The position numbers were made by a program, and so were the translations under genes. This document shows, piece after piece, positions 10,993 to 23,945 of a stretch of 33,903 nt of DNA. This DNA comes from Octopus bimaculoides (lineage: Eukaryota). Numbering within the stretch: position 1 is the stretch's first letter; each line of letters begins with the position of its first letter. Below the pieces are notes generated by a model, which was not told the DNA's origin, searched no databases, and worked only from the letters and a program-made list of their open reading frames with translations. The DNA lies in contig NC_069000.1 of the NCBI RefSeq assembly GCF_001194135.2, positions 6,417,949 through 6,451,851 on the forward strand. The letters are read 5' to 3'.

Positions 10993-11757
10993 ATATATAT
11001 GTAATATACATATATATATNNNNNNNNNNNNNNNNNNNNNNNNNNNNNNNNNNNNNNNNNNNNNNNNNNNNNNNNNNNNNNNNNNNNNNNNNNNNNNNNN
11101 NNNNNNNNNNNNNNNNNNNNNNNNNNNNNNNNNNNNNNNNNNNNNNNNNNNNNNNNNNNNNNNNNNNNNNNNNNNNNNNNNNNNNNNNNNNNNNNNNNNN
11201 NNNNNNNNNNNNNNNNNNNNNNNNNNNNNNNNNNNNNNNNNNNNNNNNNNNNNNNNNNNNNNNNNNNNNNNNNNNNNNNNNNNNNNNNNNNNNNNNNNNN
11301 NNNNNNNNNNNNNNNNNNNNNNNNNNNNNNNNNNNNNNNNNNNNNNNNNNNNNNNNNNNNNNNNNNNNNNNNNNNNNNNNNNNNNNNNNNNNNNNNNNNN
11401 NNNNNNNNNNNNNNNNNNNNNNNNNNNNNNNNNNNNNNNNNNNNNNNNNNNNNNNNNNNNNNNNNNNNNNNNNNNNNNNNNNNNNNNNNNNNNNNNNNNN
11501 NNNNNNNNNNNNNNNNNNNNNNNNNNNNNNNNNNNNNNNNNNNNNNNNNNNNNNNNNNNNNNNNNNNNNNNNNNNNNNNNNNNNNNNNNNNNNNNNNNNN
11601 NNNNNNNNNNNNNNNNNNNNNNNNNNNNNNNNNNNNNNNNNNNNNNNNNNNNNNNNNNNNATAATAAAAAGATTACACGTGTTTCATAACCAATTTTCAA
11701 ATAGAAAAGAAATTTAAATCGATTAAAATCAATTGAAATTATCGTTCCTAATATTAT

Positions 11758-11798
<41 letters not shown>

Positions 11799-12915
11799 GA
11801 TGGATGATGAATGGATGTATAAACAGATTCAAAAACATATATGCAAACAGATATTTTAACAGATATATTTGCTTCAGACTAACACACACACACACACACA
11901 CATCAACAGGCATGGCTTTAGGCACAAGCATGGTCAGTTGGTTAAAGAGTTTGCTTCCCAACCATATGGTTCCAGGATGCTCTTCCTATCACCAATCCTC
12001 ACTTGTTTCCAAGCAAAGTGATAATATTTCTTCATGGCCAGATATGCTTTTCACAGTTGACTGGAAACAAACATCACCACTTGTATGACACGGATGCTCG
12101 TTTACAACCATCATCATGGCATGTCAAGTCAAAGGTACACACACACACAATGAACTTTAAGTTTCTACCTATCAGATCCACTTATAAGGGTCTGGTCATT
12201 CTGGGGCTATAGTAAAAGATTCTTGCCCAAGGTGCCACGCAGTGAGATTGAACTCAAGACCACATCGTTGGGAAAACAAACCTCTTAATCATACAGCTAT
12301 ACCTGTGCCTATGATACAGCCATGCCGGCACCTACAAATGTAGAAAAGTAGAGACACACGCAGACACCTATCATGACAGTGACAGAATAAGACAGGGACA
12401 GGCTGACACATAGACAGGTAGATAGGCAGACAGAGAAATAGGTAAACAGAGAGATGTCTTTGCAAACAAAACAGTTTCAAGATAATTTTGGCAAATTAAA
12501 GAGAAATCATTCAAAATTTCAAAACATCGGAATAGAAAAATATTCATTGTTTAAAATAATTTTAGTACAAATACATCTTATGTATGTTGTTTTCTGGCAG
12601 TTATGTAAAAAAAACGTAGGCAGGTAGGTAATTAAGTAGGTAGGTAGGTAGGTGAGTGGGTAGATATTTGGGGATGTAGGTAGGTACAAAGGTAGGTAAA
12701 TAGATATGTGGGTAGGTAGGAAGGTAGGTATGTTTGTGCCCATGGTCGTCTGCCCATGGTTCCACATGGTGGAACTGAACAGCAAATCATGTGGTTGGGA
12801 AGCAAACCCCTTTAACCATACAGCCATGGATGCACATGAAGACACGACATTTTGGACAACCAGAGACATCACAGCCAATCATTGACCTCTACCACCATAA
12901 ATACCATTTTGCAGA

Positions 12916-12954
<39 letters not shown>

Positions 12955-13015
12955 AGTGTTATGTAAGGTAACCAGGTGTATATAGCTAGGCTTAAAGGTC
13001 CACTAATAAGTACAT

Positions 13016-13050
<35 letters not shown>

Positions 13051-14463
13051 CATCATCATCATCATCATCATCATCGTTTAACGTCCGCTTTCCATGCTAG
13101 CATGGGTTGGACGATTTGACTGAGGACTGGTGAAACCGGATGGCAACACCAGGCTCCAGTCTGATTTGGCAGAGTTTCTACAGCTCGATGCCCTTCCTAA
13201 CGCCAACCACTCAGAGAGTGTAGTGGGTGCTTTTACGTGTCACCCGCACGAAAACGGCCNNNNNNNNNNNNNNNNNNNNNNNNNNNNNNNNNNNNNNNNN
13301 NNNNNNNNNNNNNNNNNNNNNNNTATATATATATATATTTATATATATATATATTTATATATATATATATTTATATATATTTATATATATTTATATATAT
13401 TTATATATATATATTTATATATATATATACACACATACATATATAAAACACATATATATCACATGGGTTGTTTATTATGGTTATATATCACATTAAGGAG
13501 AGAGAGAGACAGATGATATGACACTAAATATAAAGAAAGAAATGATATCTCAGCAAGAAGTGGAGAGGGAGGATTAAAAACAGAGATATCACACTAAAAA
13601 GTAAGAGAGAGACGATATCACATGAAGTAGTGGAGAGATATATCACATGAAGTAAAGTAGAGATGATATTACACTAAAAAGTAGAGAGAGACAAGGGGGG
13701 GGGAGATGATATCACATTAATCTGCTGTTGAGAGATGATGGAAACAGAGATATCATACTAAGAAGTAGAGATGGAGAAATGATATCACACTAAGAAATGG
13801 GTAGGAGAGAGATGATATCACATGAAGTTATAGTAGAGATGATTTCACAGCGAGAGAGAGAGAAAGATGATATTACATTAATTTGATGTAGAGAGATGAT
13901 ATCACACTAAAATGTTGAAGAAAGAAAAAAAAAAAGACAGAAAAATGTCTTCACTTACTTTTTACTTGAGCCAATTGGTGTGAGAATGGCCAAAGCTTCT
14001 TGGAAATGTTTTCTGAAATTTAGAGGAAAATGGAAATAAATAAATAAATGTAAATATTGAATTCTGACAAAGACATGAAATGGAATATTTTGAGGTGCAA
14101 ATGGTAGAATGAGTTAAATCAAAGGAGAGGGTCATTTGACAGAGTGTAAGCATCTTGAGAGAAAAGTTAGGCATAAGGGGAACCAGTTTACAATGTGTAT
14201 GCTTGCATATTCACACAAACACACGTATTCAACAACAAAAGTTTTAATTCTTCAAATTTAAACAAGAAGTCAACAAGACAAGAAAGAAAGAAAGAGAGAA
14301 CAAAGACGACTTACATGGCGACATCATTTCGGTAAGCGGATACAGCATCTTGCAGAGCAATCAGTTCAAGACGAGCCTGAAATTTAAACAATGTTGTTCC
14401 TATTACTTTACAAAAATTAATGAATTATGAAAAGAAAATTTATCATTATTAAATTAGAAAAAA

Positions 14464-14508
<45 letters not shown>

Positions 14509-15016
14509 GGCAGTGACTTCCAGTTTAGTGGTTTGGTGACTTACTATACTTAGTAGGATTATTAATTATGATATACAAAGCAAATGTAGGAGAAATTATG
14601 ATAAGCACAAGTTTATATCATTTGTTGTAAATGAGAGAAACTGGTATTTAGGATAATGTTTCAGACGATGCTGGTGCCACGTAATTAGCACCTTTCAAGC
14701 GTTGGGCCTAACAGAGGCAATGACAAATGACTGAGATCCATCAAGCCAAGTGAAATTGTAGTCATGGCAGATTCTGGTGTCATGTAACTGGTACCCATGC
14801 CAGTGGCATGTAAAAGCACTCATTACACTCTTGGAGTGGTTGGTATTAGGAAAGGCATCCAGCTGTAGAAACCATGCCAAATCAGACTGGAGTCTGGTGC
14901 AGCCCCTCAGCTTGCCAGCCCTTGTCAAACCGTCCAACCCACACCAGCATGGAAAATAGTCATTAAAGGATAATGATGATGTGTGTGTGTATACATACAT
15001 ACATATATATATATAC

Positions 15017-15055
<39 letters not shown>

Positions 15056-18000
15056 AGTGTAAAACAGTGTGTTGAGTTGCATCCTTTTATGACACCAAGT
15101 AAACTTTGACCATTCAATAAACAGCAACCAATAAAATAAGTGGGGATCAATATAATTAACTAAAACCTTTGAAGGTGGTGCTACAGCATGGCCCACAGTC
15201 CAATGAGTGAAACCAGTAAACAAAGAAGAAGCAACAACATAACATAACAGCTCACCTGAAGAGCTCCGTTGGAATTGAAACCAGTACTACACAGCATCAG
15301 ACGAGAGAGTTCTTCAGCAACAGCTTCAACGACCTTGCACATAACTCGTGGGACAAAAGATGGAAAAACTGCATAAACCTGAGAAGGAGGGAGCAGTGGA
15401 CAAAATATTTTAAAAACTGACATTGATATGATATATATTAGATATTATGAAAGTGTTAAAGTAGTTTTAAATAAAAGAAATCAATACCAACATGTCGTAC
15501 GTAATAAATTTATTCAAAAGCTGAACTTTCTTCGTTATCTGCATTACAACTAATAGTTTCCCCCATAAAATAAGTTGTTCAAGTAATGAAACTTTTAGTA
15601 GTTGCAAGATGTGAAGCATTTTATTAATGGATGTCCTTCCAGTCAACAGCCTTATTCTGTTTTTCAAATAAGGGATTCCTTCATTTCACTGGTTTTCAAA
15701 AATGCATGACGACCAGTTGTGATGTCAACAAGGAATGTCAACATCATATCACTATTTCGGTCGAAATGGAACCATGGAATGTCAACGTCTCCCCCACCAT
15801 CGCTTGACAACTGATGTTGGTGTGTTTACATCCCTGTAACTTAGCGGTTCGGCAAAAGAGACCGATAGAATAAGTACTAAGCTTACAAAGAATAAGCCCA
15901 GGGGTTGATTCGTTCGACTAAATGTGGTGCTCCAGCATGGCCAGAGTCAAATGACTGAAACCAGTAAAAGAAAGAATACATAGATACACACACAACAGGC
16001 TTCCATACGGCCCCCGTTAATCCTTCTACTCACAAGATATTGGCTGGCCAGGGGCTAGAGTAGGAGACACTTGCCCAAAGTACCACGCAGTGGGATGGAA
16101 CCCCAAATGACTGAAGCAACACACACACAGACTGCACTTCTTTAACAACAACAACAACAACCAGTAAAAGTACTTACTTCAGCGTGAACTTCAATCATTC
16201 CCATTAAGACTTCCTTCAAGTAACTTCTCACAGCTTTAAAAGAGAAAAAGAGTACAGGAGATTACAGAGGAGCATAATAGAGTACAGCAGATTATAATAA
16301 AAATAAAGTGGAGTATAATAGAGCAGTGTTTTGCAACCTTTTTTCACCTGTGGTACATCTATATTCTTTTCAAAATTTAGCAGCACACACCCGAACTAAA
16401 AGCATGACTAAAAGTTTAGGGAATTCATTGAGCCAGATGCTCTTCCTGTCACCAACTATCACCTGTCACCAATAAAGGTAATATTTTCCCATGGCAAGAC
16501 ATGTTTACACTGAAGATTGGAAATGAATGACATTGCTTGTATAACAGTGATACTCGTCTACAACCATCTCACAATGTCAAAGACAAAGAAACACAAGCAT
16601 ACACAATCTCAACACATACATGTGTAACAGGTTTCTTCTTGTTTCCATCTACCAAATCCACTCACAAGGCTTTGATCAGCCTGGGGCTATAGTAGATGAC
16701 ACTTGCCCAATGTGCTACACAATGGGATTGAACCTGAAACCATGTGGTTGGAAAACAAACTTCTTAACCACACTGACACACCTGAAATTCAAAATAATAA
16801 CTGATGAAAAGAATAAGAAACATATTTCTTTTTAGTTACAAGATGAAGAATTTGTGCAGTAAGGTACCTATTCATTCTTAATATGATTTGGCAAATTCGA
16901 AAGCCTGTATCTGATTGCTGTTGTCTTTCATAAATTAACAAATCTGGGTTGTTCATAACAAAACGTAGAATTAAAAGAGAAAAAAATGAAGTTGCTTACC
17001 AACAGGTTTGGTGCAGGTATTCCAGTCAAAGCTGCCACGATACATATTTTGTTCCATAGCTCCAACTATAGGATTGGACTTCTCTTCTATATAAGCCTCA
17101 AATAATTTATTATCCAATTCCAGATATTTTGCTTGAGCTATCTGTAGTTAATTAAAATAGAAAGAAAAACACTAATTGTAATAAACAATTATCACTGTAT
17201 CAAGCAGTTTATTGAATGTTGGTATAGATCGCTGGTCACAGTACACTTCCTTGCATTGTGGGAGATCCTGAACGATGCCACCCTGCCGGCTGGGCAGGCC
17301 GATATTCTCCCTTGAACTGGAGACCAGTCAGTCACAGGGGTCCCTATTTACAGTTGAGTGGACTGAAGCAACACAATATGAAGTGTTTTGCTGAAGAATT
17401 CAACATACTAAGTACAGTGTGGTTGTGTGGCAAGATGCTTGCTTGCCAATCACATGGTTCCAGGTTCAGTCCCACTGCGTGGTACCTTGAGCAAGTGTCT
17501 TTTAACTATAGCCTCAGACCAACTAAAGCCTTGTGAGTGAATTTGGTAGATGGAAACTAAAAGAAGATAATGTGAAACAATTTACCTGTAATCCTTTATC
17601 CATCTCAACGTAGCCATGTTTTTCTAAATTCTCCACAAGTCTTGGAATCACACGATTACAAACGTGATTGCAGTTACTCAACATAATAATTAGACGTTTA
17701 TCCTACAGAATGGAAAGAAATATTAAAAAATATATTCAATAAATGAAATATCTTGGTTGATATTATATTGATATTAAATAGAAATGATATTGATATTATA
17801 TAGATACAGTTATTGGCATTCTGTAATACCAGTAATTGTTAGAGTCAATATAAATATTTATACCATCTACAAAATTTGGGATCTCATGCCCAATTTAGTA
17901 ATTATCATTATTATTACTTCAGGGAAGGCTGCGAGGTGGCAGAATCGTTAGCATACCGGGTGAAATGGTTAGTGGTATTTTGGCCATCTTTATGCTTTGA

Positions 18001-21000
18001 GTTCAAATTCTGCCAAGGTCACCTTTGCTTTTTATCTTTCAGGGTCCATAAAATAAGTACCAGTTGAGCACAGGGGATGATGTAAGTGACCTACTCTCTT
18101 CCCAGAAATTGCTAGCCTTGTGCCAAAATTTTAAATCATCATCATTATTATTATCATTATTATTATTATCATTAAAAAGGTGGCACGCTAGACGAAATGC
18201 TTAGTGGTATTTTGCCTGTCACTGCGTTCTGAGTTCAAATTCCACCAAGGTCGACTTTGCCTTTCATCCTTTTGGGGTCGATAAATTAAGTACCAGTTGT
18301 GTACTGGGGTCGATCTAATCAACAGGCTCCCTTCCCAAAAATTTGGGCTTTGTGCCTCGAGTAGAAAAGATTGTTATTATTATTACTACTACTATTATAA
18401 TTATTATTAAATTTTACTTAGGTTTAGTAGAATTTAAGTGGGTAGTGGATTACAACCTGTAATCTGAAATATCCACAGGCTTCTGATAATCTTTCCTGTT
18501 CCTAAGATTTTGATAATCTTCCCATCCTCCTCCTATTATTATTATTATTAGGAACTGTTTTAACATTTTGGTAACCTCAAAACGTTTTACTTACAAATGG
18601 TGGTAGATCATCTTGTAAAGAATCAGATCTGAAAAAAAAAATACAGAAATAAATAAATAAAATTAAATATATAACTTGAATATAATTTCTTTTTCCCCTA
18701 TAATTTTAGTTCAGGTGTGTTGCCAAATTTTGGAAAGAACGTAAGTGTACCACAAGAGAAAAATGGTTGGGGAGCACTGGTTTAGACTACAGCCATGCTG
18801 GAGCACTGGTTTGGACTGCAGCCATACTGGCTACCAAATAAACGAGAGCAGTGACATGTTCATTAATCAACAGATCATATATATGTGTGTGTATATGTGA
18901 GCATGTGAAAGTATACATTATATATATATATATATATNNNNNNNNNNNNNNNNNNNNNNNNNNNNNNNNNNNNNNNNNNNNNNNNNNNNNNNNNNNNNNN
19001 NNNNNNNNNNNNNNNNNNNNNNNNNNNNNNNNNNNNNTAAACTCAAGAAGAAGGACAAACAGAAAGACAAGTAAAGTGAAAAACGTAGGAAGACTAACTT
19101 ATTTGTGTCTCCAATTGACTGAGGCTGTTGGAAAGCTAATTTGTGGAGACAGACAGAGAATGCTTGGAGCAGTTTGGTACACAGCATAGTGGCTTCTTTC
19201 TGGGTTGTCTGCTGGCTGAAGATCTGGAAATAAACAAGATTAAGAAGCATAATTGAAAGGGCCTTTGACAGTTCTGTTTCCATAGTTCTTGTCCCACCAG
19301 CATGGACAAAAACAGCTAAATTTTTCTCAAATTACACATCTTAAAAAGAGAGGAAAATGTTAGATGATGTAGTCCTAGATATACAATGGCCTAGCAAAGT
19401 GGTCAATAGTGACCCATGAGGTGGGGGGGGGGGATATATGTGGCTATCCAAGAGATTAACAAGCATCTGAAATGATTTTGAGTATTATGGATGCTGAATT
19501 AGGGAAGGATGCTGTAGTTTTAGGTTAAAATGCATTGATTTCCAGCAAAATATTGAAACACTATTAACTAGTATTCACTTAACACATATTTCAAAGCAGA
19601 CGTTAAACGATGATGATGATTCACATTAAATATATTATATATCAGGGCGGCAAGCTGGTAGAACCGTTAGGACACCTGGCGAAATGCTTAGTAGCATTTC
19701 AGCTGCCGTTACGTTCTGAGTTCAAATTTCGCCTAGGTCAACTTTGCCTTTCAACCTTTCGGGGTCAATTAAATAAGTACCAGTTACGCACTGGGGTCAA
19801 TGTAATCGACTTAATCCCTTTGTCTGTCCTTGTTTGTCCCCACTGTGGGCAATAAAGAAATAAATATATTATATAACAATATGACTGAATTTGTATGGTT
19901 CTTTATCAATTTCGTTAAATATCATCATTAAATTTTAAATATTTCTTATTAAAAAATGATAATCTTTGCCTCAATAAAACTATCTGACCCATGGAAGCTT
20001 GGAAAAGGGAATGCTACATGATGATGATGATGATGACTATCTACACTTTCACACCCTCTTCTACAACAACAATATTTACCTCATATTCCCCGGTTCTGTT
20101 CTGGATAACAACTTCATGTAAATGTTGAATTGTTTCATTGACAATATTTTCAAATAACGCCGGCTGGAATTGAAACAGGAGACAATGGATTAGTTTAGAC
20201 AGAATTAACAAATAATGGTGGCTGGAATTGAAACCAGACTGAGTTCAGCTGATCTCTCTTTTTCTGTCCACAAAGACATCATATTTACACTTGTCTATAC
20301 ATACAGTGTTGATTAAAAATCTATACATTTATTCCATAGTACTGTATACAGCATTATCACATTTCCCCATTTCAGAATATGTTCCTACAATATTTTACTA
20401 TACTCACAGTACAACACAATTTTCTATGATACCTTACAATTTTCTACAATACTCTGCAGCAGTGTTTCTAAACCTTTTTACCCTTGTGTAACTCTTAAAA
20501 TAAATTACATGTCTCAAGGAAACCCCGCACAAAAAAATTATATACCATATCTTTCTCATATTTTTTTCATCCTAGTTCACATGGTAAATATCATATATAT
20601 ATATATATATGGTTGCTATATTTTTTTGATAACATAAGTTAGCTAGGATGATGTCTATATTACAATATTACACTAAACAATAATATGTTGCACATGTATA
20701 GTAATATTACGATCATGAAATTAGCACTAACTTATCTCACTCTTTCTCATGGAACCCCAAGGAACCTTTTGCGGAACCCTAGGGTTCCAGGGAACCCTGG
20801 TTGAGAAACACTTCTCTACAATATTCAGTAATTCTCTACAGTACTAGAATACTCTACACTATTCCATAATACTCTGCAAATCCTCTACTTACAAGCTGGG
20901 TTGTGCCGCCATATTCATCGTCAGCTTCAACATTCCATGTTTCTTTGGTGTGTAGACATTCCACATCTAAAAATAATAAAAATACTTTGAAAAAATATAA

Positions 21001-23482
21001 ACAAAACATACCAAAAACAACACAATGGTTCTTTTATTCTTTCATTGGTTCCAACCAATGGACTGTGGCCATGCTGGAATACCATCTCCAAGGGTTTCAA
21101 TTGATTTCTTTGATTCCTTTAACACACAACAGTCCATTGCTGGACACACCCTTCTTCAAGCCTCTCCCTGTCTGTTACCATTCTTGTACCTCCACCCCAT
21201 CATCATCACCCTCATGTATTCATCAATACCACCCCTCAATCAACTGTGGGTGGGCCCCCTTAGTCTCCTGGCAACCAATATTTTTAGACCCAGTCCACCA
21301 CTGACAACATCTATTATGATATCCTTTCTTCTACGGATGATATTACCTGGATAGCAATCTAGTTGGTCATTACTCTTTTGACATAAATCTGATCCTACCA
21401 GCTAAGGAGACATTCCACCTCCATCTCAGTCCCCTCTGGTGGAATCCATTCCATTGTTCTTTTCAATCCTCTGTTGCCCTTTTTTCTGGCCACAGTTCTT
21501 GCCCACCCACTTTCCCTAGTTTTACTTTATTTTCTTTTTTTTTTTCCTGCTATTTCTTGAAGAATTTCTCTCTAATTTCTGTAAATTTTATACTAAAAAA
21601 AGGAGGAGCTCTCCAGCACTCACCTGTGATGGCCTGTTTCAGTAATGTAAACATGCAGTGGGTTCGCATATCGAATGCCAGTTCTTGGATCAGATCCGTA
21701 GAATCAGTCGGCAAATCAAGATTGGTGAGGGATGAAACGCAGGAACTGAAGGGGAAATGGAAGAAGAATATAGAGAACGCATTTGCGAAGTATTGAATTG
21801 TTTAGATGATGATGATAATGCAGTTGGTAGTAGTCATGGTGATAATGGTGGAGATGATGATACAGGTGGTGGTGGTGAGGATGATAATGGTGATGATGGT
21901 GGTGGTGGTGATGATGGTAATGATGATGATTGTTTTTGTTGTGTAGATCCCCAGATCAGCTCTGTTCAGACTTAGGCATCCGACCAACTCAGCCATAGCC
22001 ACCACCACTACCACCAACAACACCATCAATTAAGTGATGAGCCTACTAAGGAATCTCTACGCAGTCATTTAATCTGATAGAAACAGCCATCGAATATCCT
22101 TAAAACCACTGTCTTAAACATGCGGAGCATAATGTAGTCCTAGATACACTGTGACTGGAAAACAGCAGACAAGTTGGTTAAGGCTGGAATACCACTGATC
22201 ATAGCTCAGCTCAATCGCCACTGACCTGTGGCTAAACAACAACAACAACCATAGATCAGGGCTAAATGGTGACAGTAACAATCAAAGGTTTGCTGGATCA
22301 GGGCTGACCCAGGGTTATACCACCATAGAGATTCTAGTAATTATCAATTAGATATTATTAACAGGTTTAAATATTTACCGAACACATCGAACACAGTGTG
22401 GCAGCCAGGCAAAAGGGATCTCCTGCTTGTTTTCTGGCCAGATTCCATATTTTTCCCGTTCTTCTCTCGGTAGATTTTCCAGAGACTCCGGTAAGAACGC
22501 AGCACGGACCAGATTGGCAAAGAATGTTATGACATCCGACACCATTTGCTGTGAGAAAAATAATCATATAAGCAAATAAATATAATAAATATATATTTGT
22601 CTGTTCTACATCTGTATTTCCATGTTAGCATGGGTTGGATGGATATGTTATTGAGGCACTGTTTGACAACCAGATGTGCTCCTTGCCAGTTTTACAAAGA
22701 AGGAAGGTTTTATTTCACTCGTCAGGATGGCTCGTTAGCAAAGAACTGATCGTAATGCTTGCCAACATCATTTGCAGCTCAATATTTTTCATTGCAAGGA
22801 TGCGGAAGAAAATATACATATAGACAGATGTACACACAGATGTTGGCGGCACATGGCTTAGTGGTTAGGGTATTGGACTCTTGATTGTAAGATTGTGGTT
22901 TCAAATCCTGGAGCGAGTGATGCGTTGTGTTCTTGAGCAAAACACTTCATTCCACGCTGCTCCAGTCCACTCAGCTGGCAAAGAGGAGAAAGCCTGCAAC
23001 AGACCGGTGTCCCATCCAGGAGATGAATTCATACACCACAGGAACTGGTAAACTGGCCCTTACAAGTCTGTATGACTTGGGAATGATCTTCATGCTTCAT
23101 TCATCCGTACATGCATGCATGCACACAACTGAGTTCCATACAGTTTGGGTCTACCTCTTATGCCAACCACTCCAAGAGTGTAGTGGGTGCTTTTTACGTG
23201 CCACCGGCACGAGGGCCAGTCAGGCAGTACTGGCAACGGCCAAGCTCAAAATGGTGTTTTTTACGTGCCACCTGCACAGGAGCCAGTCCAGCGGCACTGG
23301 CAACGACCTCGCTCGAATGTTTTTTTCACGTGCCACCAACACAAGTGCCAGTAAGGCAGCACTGGTAACGATCACGCTCAAAGGGTGCCATTTACATGCC
23401 ACTGGCACGGAAGCCAGACAGCTGCTCTGGCAATGAAACAAGTAAAAGAATATATATCTACAATTATACAGGTGTGTGAGTG

Positions 23483-23555
<73 letters not shown>

Positions 23556-23903
23556 TGTAGGTAAGTCTACTGATATATTTAAATAAGAAGTCTTTACCTT
23601 GAACTGTAAATGTTTGTTTGAGTCAATTTTGAATGATTTGTCTCCCGTCTGAAGCAGAACGATTGCAAAATGTCCAATTAATATAACATCACAAAGACAG
23701 GTTAAAGTGAAATAACAATGACACAAAAACTATTACCATCACTACTACTACTTTTGGTATCACCACCACTACTACTACTACTACTAACAGACCAGTGGAG
23801 TAGCTTGCACAGCCACTTGGCATGTTCAGGGCACTGGAAAAATCTAAACATTTATTCTTTTCAATAGCTAGGCTGAATATACTTATATAGTCAAAACATT
23901 CCA

Positions 23904-23945
<42 letters not shown>

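Noticed and set aside
15268-15285. ggaattgaaaccag in exon 25 matching the exon 19 decoy acceptor
   Set aside because: A 14-nt match constrained by the G-F-N-S codons; most likely coincidence.
17420-17480. tRNA-like sequences (also at 17930, 19645, 22850)
   Set aside because: A/B boxes are present but I cannot form a full cloverleaf, and each continues into a SINE body; these are SINE heads, not tRNA genes.
21557-22029. Plus- and minus-strand ORFs with D/G- or I/T-rich runs
   Set aside because: Antisense shadow of exon 17 plus trinucleotide repeats.
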